From assembly GCA_018674305.1 (NCBI GenBank), contig JABHAL010000001.1, positions 68,635-132,634 on the forward strand: a DNA stretch of 64,000 bases. The letters are read 5' to 3'. Under the pieces are notes generated by a model. It was not told the origin of the DNA, searched no databases, and was given only the letters and a program-made list of their open reading frames with translations. The stretch is from Candidatus Falkowbacteria bacterium. Its GTDB lineage: Bacteria; Patescibacteriota; Patescibacteriia; UBA11705; JABHMO01. Below, in pieces: positions 9,357 through 18,368 of the stretch; the first letter of the stretch is position 1, and each line of letters begins with the position of its first letter. The position numbers and the translations under genes were made by a program.

Positions 9357-10508
9357 CTAATCTTGAGAATCAATATCTTCCATCACAACAACAGAAGAAT
9401 AAATCTCATTAAACTCTTCTCTACTTAACTTCCGACCCAATTCCAACTGTTTTTTTCTCACTGACAATTTAAATGCTTTATACTTTTTTACTCCGAAAGC
9501 TTGTCGTAAATAATCATCAGCAGTTTGACCACCCAGCATCAGGAATGTATCAAGCACATCGTCTTTTTCCACTATGTCAGAAACAGGACCACCAACGGAA
9601 ATAATTCCGCCATCTTCTTTTTTTGCCATTTTTTCAAGCCACTCAGGATCTTGATTCATCTGAAGACCATCTGACTTAGCTTCTTCTGGAAAACATTCAG
9701 CCATGGCGCATGGGTAATTCATGCCTGATTCATCTTCTTTTATAATCGATGCCCAATCCTCCTCGGTGAGTGGCTCTGGGCGTACCCAATCCTCAGGTGG
9801 CACAATCTGAGCAATCGGTTTATCATACCGACTAATCACGTATCTTGCGCCATTTTCAATCACATTCCTAATGATCTCAAACAAATGTTTGTGGGCATAA
9901 GTAGCTGTGACGGTTCTGAGCTCCGGCAGTGAGACTTCAGCTGAATCATGACGAGTGACAAACTCATCCAGCTCCGCTTGAAGCAAAGATTTCTTGAATT
10001 TTTCCATAAACTCAGGGTTTTCATCAACATTTCTGAGAAATGACTCTACCTCAGCGGGATTACTCGAGCCCACCCCCTCCTCATAAACAAAATCCAGATC
10101 ATCAACTCGCAGTGAATACAAATCCGGAGAGCAATTTCTGAAGAGTGAGTAGAGGCGAACATAATCAAAAAAAATCCTGGCCCCCACATAAACATACAAT
10201 GGAGCTCCATCATTATCATTGATAATGAATGCGGAACAGTCTGCACCAATATTAAAGAAAACCTCAAATCCGTCAGTTGTCCAATCAAGAGCTCCAAGTG
10301 GAGAACCAAGTAACCGCCTACGACTGAACGCATCAAGGGCGGAGATATACTTCGGATTTACAACAAAGCCAAGACGACGCTCGCCATCAATAACATCAAC
10401 GAAAAGCCCTTGGCCAAGATCTTCAATAATTTTAGCCTTAATTTGAACTCGAGTCTCATGAATATTAACTTCACTCAACTGCAACGTTACGAACTTTTGT
10501 TCTGGCAT
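9357..10508 (-). CDS. Hypothetical protein with an internal Phd/YefM-like antitoxin domain
   Basis: RBS ggagga; internal RTVTATYAHKHLFEIIRNVIENGARYVISRYDKPIAQIVP fits the Phd/YefM pattern. Confidence 0.6.
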   Translation of the reverse strand: MPEQKFVTLQLSEVNIHETRVQIKAKIIEDLGQGLFVDVIDGERRLGFVVNPKYISALDAFSRRRLLGSPLGALDWTTDGFEVFFNIGADCSAFIINDNDGAPLYVYVGARIFFDYVRLYSLFRNCSPDLYSLRVDDLDFVYEEGVGSSNPAEVESFLRNVDENPEFMEKFKKSLLQAELDEFVTRHDSAEVSLPELRTVTATYAHKHLFEIIRNVIENGARYVISRYDKPIAQIVPPEDWVRPEPLTEEDWASIIKEDESGMNYPCAMAECFPEEAKSDGLQMNQDPEWLEKMAKKEDGGIISVGGPVSDIVEKDDVLDTFLMLGGQTADDYLRQAFGVKKYKAFKLSVRKKQLELGRKLSREEFNEIYSSVVVMEDIDSQD

Positions 10509-10675
10509 GAAGTCCTCCGTAAAAGATGAACACTTTAATTGTTCACTTGGGATATAGAAAGCAATTTAAACACGAATTTAATTTAATGAACATCAATATA
10601 ATTTATCATCTCAGATAGTATTTGTCAATATATAAAAAAAAAGCAATTACTGCTAATTTTAGAATAAAAATAATT

Positions 10676-10741
10676 AATCCCTTCTTTCTCAATTTTAACT
10701 GTCTTAAACAGGTTCTTTCTAAAACCTGCCATAAAATTCAC
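10676..10741 (-). repeat. Diverged duplicate of the murJ 3' end
   Basis: Encodes VNFMAGFRKNLFKTVKIEKEGI versus murJ MNFMAGLKKKLFKTVKIEKEGI (10758-10823). Confidence 0.9.
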
Positions 10742-10742
10742 C

Positions 10743-12374
10743 TTAACTCAAATCTCCAATCCCCTCTTTTTCAATTTTAACTGTTTTGAACAGTTTCTTT
10801 TTCAAACCTGCCATAAAATTCATTAACTCTTCAGACTTAACAAGATAACCAACAATAACAAAAACCAACAAACCAACCAAACCAGCGATTAAGCCCTGAG
10901 AAAATACTCCCCAAAATCTTTGCATATCCACGAGCGAACCTACCCAGGTTTTCATGGATTGAGCAGCTACGCCCATTAAAAGCGAAGCAAAAGAAATTTT
11001 AGCTAATGACTTGATTATACCATCATGAAATATGTCTTTAATTTTATGACCAGCAAAAGCAGTTAAAATCACCAAATTCACGATTGAACTGATTGAGAAA
11101 CCAAGGGCCAAGCCAAGTACTCCCATTTCTTGCATTAACCACCAACTCAACCCAACATTCACCACCAAACTGACAAAAGCTGCCCAAAAGGGTAAAACTG
11201 TGTTGTGACGGGCATAAAACACTCTAGCTAATAGTGGCAACAATGCTTGCGCAAATAAGCTTAGACTGAATAAACCCAAAGAGTTGGCCGTTAAAATTGT
11301 ATCTTGCCAATCAAATTTTCCTGAACCCAAAACAACACGCACAATTTGCACTCGAAGAATTATTAATAATATAGAAAATGGGACTACAAAAAATAAAATT
11401 TGTTTAAATGTTGATTGAAAAGTTTCATTGAACTCTTTTTTGTTATTAGAACTAAAAGATTTGGACAAAACGGGAAAGGCGGCAATGGCAAAAGAAACTC
11501 CAAACAAACCTATTGGCAAACTTTGTAAATTGCTAGCTAAATTAAAAACAGTTAAACTCCCGGCAGCTAAAGTAGATGCAAAAATTGTAAATACAATTAA
11601 GTTCACCTGGGTACTAGCTAAACCTAAAATACGTGGACCCATCATTCTAATTATTTTTAAAAAATTTGAATCTTTGAACCTTATAATCGGTCGATAAACA
11701 AACCCTAGACGAAAAACGGTTGGAATTTGAATTAACAAATGCAAAACGGCCCCAATGATTACACCGATCGCCAATCCATAAATACCAAAATCCTCCACTA
11801 AAAACAAGGCTCCAAAAATTATTCCTAAATTATACATTACTGGGGCTAAAGAAAAAACAATAAAACGTTTGAACGATTGCAAAACACCACCAAACACGCC
11901 ACTTAATCCTAATAAAATTGGGCTAAAAAACATTAGTCGTGTTAGCCCAATGGTTAATTGTAATTTCTCACCACTAAAACCTGGGGTTATGATTGGAACC
12001 AACCAAGGACTGAACACAGCCAGAATCAAACAAGCCCCAAACAAGAATAGAGCCAGAATATTTAGAATATTATTTACCAAATCCCAAGCAACTTGATTTA
12101 CTTTATAGCTGACTTTTTCTTCATCTTTAATTAAACCAATAAAAATCGGAATAAATCCTGCAGATAAAGCGCCCAAAACAATTAAATTATAAACTAAATC
12201 TGGAACTCGAAAAGCTGCATAATACACGTCCAATTCATTACCTGCACCAAACTGACCTGCCAAAATACGATCTCTAACTAAACCTAAAATTCTAGATAAC
12301 AAACCAGCCGCGGCGATCACTACAGCGGCTGAGGCGATTGAACTGAATTTAGTTGATAAGAGTTTTCGTAACAT
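10743..12374 (-). CDS. murJ: Lipid II flippase MurJ
   Basis: SRILGLVRD, DVYYAAFRVPD, GALSAGFIP, multiple TM helices. Confidence 0.95.
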   Translation of the reverse strand: MLRKLLSTKFSSIASAAVVIAAAGLLSRILGLVRDRILAGQFGAGNELDVYYAAFRVPDLVYNLIVLGALSAGFIPIFIGLIKDEEKVSYKVNQVAWDLVNNILNILALFLFGACLILAVFSPWLVPIITPGFSGEKLQLTIGLTRLMFFSPILLGLSGVFGGVLQSFKRFIVFSLAPVMYNLGIIFGALFLVEDFGIYGLAIGVIIGAVLHLLIQIPTVFRLGFVYRPIIRFKDSNFLKIIRMMGPRILGLASTQVNLIVFTIFASTLAAGSLTVFNLASNLQSLPIGLFGVSFAIAAFPVLSKSFSSNNKKEFNETFQSTFKQILFFVVPFSILLIILRVQIVRVVLGSGKFDWQDTILTANSLGLFSLSLFAQALLPLLARVFYARHNTVLPFWAAFVSLVVNVGLSWWLMQEMGVLGLALGFSISSIVNLVILTAFAGHKIKDIFHDGIIKSLAKISFASLLMGVAAQSMKTWVGSLVDMQRFWGVFSQGLIAGLVGLLVFVIVGYLVKSEELMNFMAGLKKKLFKTVKIEKEGIGDLS

Positions 12375-12385
12375 GAAAATATTAA

Positions 12386-12420
12386 TACGTGATGTACTGA
12401 TTTATACTGATATACATGAC
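12386..12420. repeat. ~9-bp repeat array, downstream flank of the GxxExxY gene
   Basis: tacgtgat/tactgat/tactgat/tacatgac; inverse of the 12833-12868 array. Confidence 0.75.
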
Positions 12421-12422
12421 TG

Positions 12423-12824
12423 TTACTTTATGTTAATAACACGACGAACTTTAACGCCCTTGCTTGAAAAAAGAATAATTAATCCTAACTGCATCTTGGA
12501 CATCTTAAGGTATTCATTAATTTGTAGAAAATCACTTCGACCGATATGTGGTCCAACTTTTAATTCAACAACTACTTTTTCCTCAACTATAAAATCAAAT
12601 CTTCTCTTTATATCTACAATATTCTCATATTTTAATGTAACTGTAACTTGTTCTCTATACGTTCTTCCCCTTCTGAAAAGTTCTGCGCCTAAGGCTTTTT
12701 GATATGTTTTTTCCGGATGCCCAACACCAATTTTATTTTGTACATCATATGCTGCACCAATAATATCATGGCTCAATTCTGAATACACATATTTTTCATC
12801 AACATTTACATTATTTATGGCCAT
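12423..12824 (-). CDS. GxxExxY protein (PD-(D/E)XK nuclease-like)
   Basis: IIGAAYDVQNKIGVGHPEKTYQKAL; DFIVEEKVVVELK; QINEYLK. Confidence 0.9.
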   Translation of the reverse strand: MAINNVNVDEKYVYSELSHDIIGAAYDVQNKIGVGHPEKTYQKALGAELFRRGRTYREQVTVTLKYENIVDIKRRFDFIVEEKVVVELKVGPHIGRSDFLQINEYLKMSKMQLGLIILFSSKGVKVRRVINIK

Positions 12825-12832
12825 AAATTTAT

Positions 12833-12868
12833 ATCAGGATATCATGTAAAAATCACGTAAATCATGTA
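12833..12868. repeat. ~9-bp repeat array, upstream flank of the GxxExxY gene
   Basis: atcaggat/atcatgta/atcacgta/atcatgta. Confidence 0.75.
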
Positions 12869-12879
12869 TTAACCAATGT

Positions 12880-14955
12880 TTATACTAATATTCTAACATC
12901 TACTACGTTTAATCCTTTTTCACCAACAAAAGCTGGATTAATATCCATTTCCTGAATTTCCGAAAAATCAATCGCTAACTGCGAAATTTTAAGGATTGTA
13001 TTTTCAATTGAATCAATATTACAAGCCTTCTCACCTCGAACACCCGTTAAAAGTTTGTAGGATTTAATTTCCTGTACCATTTTTTTAGCCTGTTGCTTAC
13101 TTAATGGCGCTAACCGAAAAGCAACATCCTTCAAGACTTCTACATAAACCCCACCCAAACCAAACATTATTAATGGACCAAACTGTGGATCTCTTTTTAA
13201 GCCAAATATAATTTCCTTACCACCTTTTACCATCGGTTGAAGTAACACTCCATCAATCTTAGCATTCTTCTTATATTTTTTGCAGTTCTTAAGTATTTCA
13301 TTATAAGCTGTCATTACTTGCTTTTTATCTTGAAGTTTAATCTTCACACCGCCCGCATCCGACTTGTGAATGATATCTTTTGAAATCACCTTCATGGCAA
13401 TCGGGTAGCCAAACTTTTCTGCGAATTTACCCGCCTCAACTGAACTTGTAGCCAAACCAGAATTAATAACCGGAATATCATAAGCTTTTAATATCTTTTC
13501 ACATTCCTGAAAATCAACTGAACCGTCTGCTTTGTTTAAAATTTTCTTAATTTGGTTTTTCTTATTTTCACTGACTTGTATTTTCACAAAGCTTTGCTTG
13601 GTTTGATTATTTTTATTATACAAATAAAATTTTTCTAATGATCTTACCGCTGTCTCAGGATATAAATAATGAGGAACATTATTTTGTTCTAAAAGTTTTA
13701 TACCAGAATCTACTTTTTGACCACCAATAAAGCTAGTCACAATCGGCTTTTTTGTTTTCTTGGAATACTCAATTATAACTTCTGCTGTCTTGTTTATTTC
13801 TGTTACAGTTTGTGGAGTTAAAATTGTAATTAAACCATCGACACCCTTATCATTCAAGACTGATTTTATCGCAACTTCATAACGGTCCGCTCTGGCATCT
13901 CCAATAACATCCACCGGATTATGAATATTTGCAGTGCTAGGAAGTTCTTTTTTTAATTTTGCAGTTGTAGCCTTTTGAAATTTCACTAACTCCAAACAAG
14001 AATTAGCAATAGCATCTGTAGTTAAAACACCAGGTCCACCAGCATTCGCAACTATAGCAACTTTATTTCCAACCATTTGATAATCACCAGAAAAAAGTTT
14101 TATTAAATTAAACAAATCTGCTAGCCCTTCCGCTCTAAGTGTATTAGTTTGAGTGAAGGCAGCATTCACAGCTTCGTTAGCTCCAGCTAAAGAACCTGTA
14201 TGTGAAGCAATGGCTGCCTGTCCTTCTGCGGATTGTCCTGATTTAACAATTATCAAAGGCTTTATTGCTGATAATTTTTTCGCTAATTTCATGAACTTCT
14301 GGCCATCAGCAAAGCCCTCCAGGTAAGCCAATACAACTTTAGTTTTCTTATCTTTTATAAAAAATTCAATTAAGTCATTTTCATTAATGCCACTTTTATT
14401 CCCTAAACTTATAAATCTAGAAAATCCGAAATTTTTTAACCTAGCCCAATCCAACATGGCGGTGCAAATTGCCCCAGACTGGGACATAAAAGCTACATTA
14501 CCCGGAGAAATCATACCTTCGGCAAATGAAGCATTTAAATTAATAGTTGAATCAAGTAATCCTAAACAATTCGGACCTAAAATGTTGATTTTATACTTTT
14601 TCGCTGTGGCAATTAATTGTTCTTCCATTTTTTGGCCTTGCTTACCCACTTCCTTAAAACCTGCAGTTATAATAATAGCATTATGAATCCCCTTTTCCCC
14701 ACATTCAATCAATACTGAATTAACAAACGGAGCTGGAATAACAAAAACAGCCAAATCTACTTTGCCTGGTATTTCTTTTACACTTTTAAAAGCTTTTAAG
14801 CCAAGAATTGCTTTGCTTTTTAAATTTATTGGGTAAATCTTTCCTTTAAACTTATAATCGATTACGTTTTTTAAAATTGTATAGCCCAGTTTTTGTTTTT
14901 CACCTGAGGCTCCAATTATTGCAATTGATTTCGGACTAAAAAAAGAATTCAGCAT
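12880..14955 (-). CDS. Acetate-CoA ligase (ADP-forming), fused alpha/beta
   Basis: PKSIAIIGAS, GPNCLG, SQSGA, SHTGSLAG, NPVD, HKSDAGGV, DPQFGPLIMFGLGG. Confidence 0.92.
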   Translation of the reverse strand: MLNSFFSPKSIAIIGASGEKQKLGYTILKNVIDYKFKGKIYPINLKSKAILGLKAFKSVKEIPGKVDLAVFVIPAPFVNSVLIECGEKGIHNAIIITAGFKEVGKQGQKMEEQLIATAKKYKINILGPNCLGLLDSTINLNASFAEGMISPGNVAFMSQSGAICTAMLDWARLKNFGFSRFISLGNKSGINENDLIEFFIKDKKTKVVLAYLEGFADGQKFMKLAKKLSAIKPLIIVKSGQSAEGQAAIASHTGSLAGANEAVNAAFTQTNTLRAEGLADLFNLIKLFSGDYQMVGNKVAIVANAGGPGVLTTDAIANSCLELVKFQKATTAKLKKELPSTANIHNPVDVIGDARADRYEVAIKSVLNDKGVDGLITILTPQTVTEINKTAEVIIEYSKKTKKPIVTSFIGGQKVDSGIKLLEQNNVPHYLYPETAVRSLEKFYLYNKNNQTKQSFVKIQVSENKKNQIKKILNKADGSVDFQECEKILKAYDIPVINSGLATSSVEAGKFAEKFGYPIAMKVISKDIIHKSDAGGVKIKLQDKKQVMTAYNEILKNCKKYKKNAKIDGVLLQPMVKGGKEIIFGLKRDPQFGPLIMFGLGGVYVEVLKDVAFRLAPLSKQQAKKMVQEIKSYKLLTGVRGEKACNIDSIENTILKISQLAIDFSEIQEMDINPAFVGEKGLNVVDVRILV

Positions 14956-14981
14956 ACTTAAACAAAATTTAAATATAATTT

Positions 14982-15548
14982 TTAAATCACTAATTCGCCC
15001 TCTCCCTTTCCCTCAATGCCAGCGGCATTAGCTTCGTCAGTGTCAATTACAAAAACGAAATCATAATCTTCAGCAACTCGGATTTCCACTTCTTCAAAAA
15101 CTAGGGCCCTTGGTCCATCAATCTTGATTTTGACTACCTGACTATTGGTAAGATTAAGTTCTGCGGCTCTGTTAGGATTTACCTTTACATGTCGCTTAGC
15201 AACAATTAAACCTTCTTCTAATTCCAATTCCCCCTTCGGTCCGACTAATTTAATTGGTCCTGAACGGATAATTTTACCTGACAATCGTAATGGTGTTTTT
15301 ATACCTAAATAATGACTGTCAGTTCGAGAAACTTCAATTTGTGTATGCCCACGACATGGTCCAATTACTCTAACGTTTTCTAAGCTTTTTTTAGGTCCAA
15401 CCAAAGTAATTGTATCAATACTGGAATATTCACCTGAAGATAAATCTTTTTCCTTTTTTAATTCATATCCTTCACCAAAAATTGCATCCAAATCAAATTG
15501 AGTTAAATGAGCATGACGAGCTGAAACTTCAACTTTTACATTTATCAT
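14982..15548 (-). CDS. pduL: Phosphate propanoyltransferase/phosphotransacylase PduL
   Basis: VSARHAHL, VRVIGPCR, TQIEVSRTD, DTDEANAA. Confidence 0.88.
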   Translation of the reverse strand: MINVKVEVSARHAHLTQFDLDAIFGEGYELKKEKDLSSGEYSSIDTITLVGPKKSLENVRVIGPCRGHTQIEVSRTDSHYLGIKTPLRLSGKIIRSGPIKLVGPKGELELEEGLIVAKRHVKVNPNRAAELNLTNSQVVKIKIDGPRALVFEEVEIRVAEDYDFVFVIDTDEANAAGIEGKGEGELVI

Positions 15549-15672
15549 ATTTTTTTCTTTTATTAATTATAATTCCAAAATCCTCCAAATAATCATATTT
15601 GAACACTATAATATTGAATTTCATATATATTATATCATTATATGGTGATTATTTGAAGTTGATAACTTAATG

Positions 15673-15701
15673 TTGACAAATAAGCTCTTTTCACCTAAAA
15701 T
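15673..15701 (+). promoter_or_regulatory. Sigma70 promoter
   Basis: TTGACA-17-TAAAAT. Confidence 0.65.
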
Positions 15702-15741
15702 ATTATATAAACACAGTTCCTTACAAGTCTGGAGGCTTATC

Positions 15742-16428
15742 ATGAATGCTAATAATTCACCATCTTACGATGAATTTTTTGCTAAAGTTAAAGAGAAAAT
15801 CTCTGATGAACGTTGCCGTAATTTCATTGAAGCTTCCTACAAAATGGCCAAGGAAGCACACCGTCGTCAAGTTCGCGACGATGGTGAACGATACTTTGAA
15901 CACGTCAAAGCTGTCGCATGGATTTGTTTAACAGAAACAACCATTACTGATCAGCTTCGTTTAACTATTATTGTTTGTGGAAGTTTATTTCATGACATGC
16001 TTGAAGACACTTACATGTCAAAAGTCCGTCATTTAAAAATCATGTTTGATCATTTTCATCCGGAAATCACCAAAGTTGCGCATGAATTAACCAAAGTCCC
16101 CAAGAAAAGACAACCTGATATTTTAAAACGCTGGGCGAGAATGTTATCCAGTAATTCAACCCCAACAAAAATAGTCAAACTAGCTGACCGGCTACACAAC
16201 CTGAGAACCTTACTGCACTGCCGTCACGACAAAGCAATACGAAAAATCCATGAAACTAGAGACATTATTCTGCCTTGGGCTCGCGATCATTCTAAACTGG
16301 ACAAAACCACCAACATGCATCCCAATCATCGTACAATGTTCAAAAGAGAAATCAATGGCCTGGCAGACAAAGTTGAGCAAGAGCTTATTGCAGTTGAGAA
16401 AGAACTTTCAGCTCTTCCCGTTCCCTAA
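15742..16428 (+). CDS. RelA/SpoT-type HD domain protein (small alarmone hydrolase-like)
   Basis: AHRRQVRDDGERYFEH, FHDMLEDT, VKLADRLHNLRTL; RBS ggagg before ATG 15742. Confidence 0.85.
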   Translation: MNANNSPSYDEFFAKVKEKISDERCRNFIEASYKMAKEAHRRQVRDDGERYFEHVKAVAWICLTETTITDQLRLTIIVCGSLFHDMLEDTYMSKVRHLKIMFDHFHPEITKVAHELTKVPKKRQPDILKRWARMLSSNSTPTKIVKLADRLHNLRTLLHCRHDKAIRKIHETRDIILPWARDHSKLDKTTNMHPNHRTMFKREINGLADKVEQELIAVEKELSALPVP

Positions 16429-16434
16429 AAACCA

Positions 16435-16470
16435 AAAACGTCCCCAAGCAACAGCAAGGGACGTTTTTTT
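16435..16470. terminator. Bidirectional terminator
   Basis: aaaacgtccc...gggacgtttt. Confidence 0.75.
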
Positions 16471-16486
16471 TATTATAATATATTTT

Positions 16487-17467
16487 TTATAACTTTATTT
16501 TCAACAAACCATTTTGCGCTCCAACTCTGTAAAGAACAAAAGCGCTATTACGAATTCCCAACTTCAGAGCCTTTTCAAAATTATCCCATTTAACCAAACC
16601 GGCCACTAAACCTGAGGAAAAAGAATCCCCTGAACCAACGGTGTCAACAATTTTACTTTTCACTCCTTGTGATGGCATATAATAATAATTACCAGTATCA
16701 TCTATTGCTGCTACACCTCGAGCGCCTTGTGTGACAACTACTTTATTTGGCCCAAAACTTTTAATAGTTCTTAATAAATACTTAGTATCTTTTAATTTAG
16801 CCTTTGGGGTTCTTGGTTTTTCGCTTTTAACCAACTGAGTAGCTTCATCTTTGTTCAAAACTAGAAGCTCAATCTCGGGCAAGAACATTCTCATTTTGTC
16901 ATGTTCTTCCAGTTGCAGAGAACCTGGATTCCAAGCAATTTTAACATTACGCTTGGTTTGTCGAACAACTTTATCAAACTGCAAAGCCCAATCATGACTG
17001 GTCAGAGATGAAACATAAAACCATTTAGTTCGAAAGTTTCGTAAACCAAATACTTCCAAATGATTGCTTGCACCCTTGTGAGTAAAAATTGTATGTTCTC
17101 TATCCTTAACCGCCGTCATTATAATAGAAAAACCAGTTCTGTCTTCTTTGGTAACTCTAACCAAGTTCGAACTTATTCTTAAACCCTTAAGGTATGAGTA
17201 AATTTCTTTACCAACCTGATCATTACCAAGTGAAGCCATCGGCGCCACATCCAGTCCGAAATTTTTTAAACCAACTGCCACGTTCAGAGCACCACCACCA
17301 TAATTAACAAACACTTTATTGATTGGTAGCTTCGCACCATATTCAACGGTCATTAATTTTTCTCGCAGTGGATCTTTTTTGGGATTTTTTATAATGTCAA
17401 TTTCGTTACTGTAGAACATTATATCTTTAAGTGCGCTACCAACTGTAACTACATCAAATAATTTCAT
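16487..17467 (-). CDS. PfkB-family carbohydrate kinase
   Basis: GGGALNVA, WNPG, LNKDEA, VDTVGSGDSF; start MKLFDV. Confidence 0.9.
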   Translation of the reverse strand: MKLFDVVTVGSALKDIMFYSNEIDIIKNPKKDPLREKLMTVEYGAKLPINKVFVNYGGGALNVAVGLKNFGLDVAPMASLGNDQVGKEIYSYLKGLRISSNLVRVTKEDRTGFSIIMTAVKDREHTIFTHKGASNHLEVFGLRNFRTKWFYVSSLTSHDWALQFDKVVRQTKRNVKIAWNPGSLQLEEHDKMRMFLPEIELLVLNKDEATQLVKSEKPRTPKAKLKDTKYLLRTIKSFGPNKVVVTQGARGVAAIDDTGNYYYMPSQGVKSKIVDTVGSGDSFSSGLVAGLVKWDNFEKALKLGIRNSAFVLYRVGAQNGLLKIKL

Positions 17468-17571
17468 ATTTTGTTTTTTATATGTATTTTTGTGTTTAAT
17501 TTCAAATTTATTATACCATAAAAACAAAAAAAGGAACAATTATATTGCTCCTTTGTCTTCTATTTTCTGAC

Positions 17572-17850
17572 TTAAACATTCCAGTTCTCTTCTTTTGGTT
17601 GAACTACGTCGTTCTGTCCCCAGTCTTCTTCTTCTGGCTGAACCAGCTTATTTTGTCCCCAGTCTTCTTCTTCCAGGCTACAGTTGCAAATATGGCCAGA
17701 GACCTGATTCATGTCATATTCGACACGATGTTGATTCTTTCGTTTTCCGAATATTAGTCTGCCAATCACGAAATAAATCACGATACCAACAAGCACTAGA
17801 AACATTCCAAAACTGAAATGAATCTGTCCACAATGCGCCAATAAATACAT
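17572..17850 (-). CDS. Small membrane protein with a C-terminal EEEDWGQN duplication
   Basis: RBS ggaggt; one TM helix; 36-bp tandem duplication. Confidence 0.6.
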   Translation of the reverse strand: MYLLAHCGQIHFSFGMFLVLVGIVIYFVIGRLIFGKRKNQHRVEYDMNQVSGHICNCSLEEEDWGQNKLVQPEEEDWGQNDVVQPKEENWNV

Positions 17851-17930
17851 TTTCTACCTCCAGAAAAAGAGCCATTTGAACTGTAAATAATTTAACATAT
17901 TTACAAATTTCATGCAAATTTACCAGACTA

Positions 17931-17959
17931 TTGACAAAGCATGTGCGTTATGCTATAAT
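17931..17959 (+). promoter_or_regulatory. Sigma70 promoter with extended -10
   Basis: TTGACA-17-TATAAT, preceded by TGc. Confidence 0.8.
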
Positions 17960-18006
17960 CTTATGTATTATGTAAGATCATTAATAACAATGCCAAGGAG
18001 AAACAA

Positions 18007-18324
18007 ATGCAAACGGATCAAGCCGTTATGACAGAAGAAAATGAGGATCCCTACAAGGATCTATCTACTAGTCGAAAATTTGCAATCCAAACGCTTATAG
18101 TCATTAGTTGTGTAGCCTCAGGACTCGGGATGCTCTGCATGCTCACAATCAGAGAACTATCTTTGGTTCCACTACTGCTCATTGGTTTTGGCAACTTAGC
18201 CCCAATGATCGCCCTTCCTTTGCGCCCCAAAAAAGATATAACAACTGGTTCCTATGCTTCAGCCATAATAAGTTTAATGGTTGCATGCATTTACCTCTAC
18301 TTCGCGCTTATGATAATCAACTAG
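18007..18324 (+). CDS. Small 3-TM membrane protein
   Basis: RBS aaggag; three hydrophobic segments. Confidence 0.7.
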   Translation: MQTDQAVMTEENEDPYKDLSTSRKFAIQTLIVISCVASGLGMLCMLTIRELSLVPLLLIGFGNLAPMIALPLRPKKDITTGSYASAIISLMVACIYLYFALMIIN

Positions 18325-18331
18325 CTACCAC

Positions 18332-18366
18332 AAAAGTAGGAGTTCAAACCTGAACTCCTACTTTTT
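18332..18366. terminator. Bidirectional terminator
   Basis: aaaagtaggagttca-aacc-tgaactcctactttt. Confidence 0.88.
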
Positions 18367-18368
18367 AT

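Noticed and set aside
10676-10823. murJ tail duplicate as a DGR template/variable repeat pair
   Set aside because: Mismatches include G/T and C/T, so they are not adenine-specific, and there is no reverse transcriptase in the window
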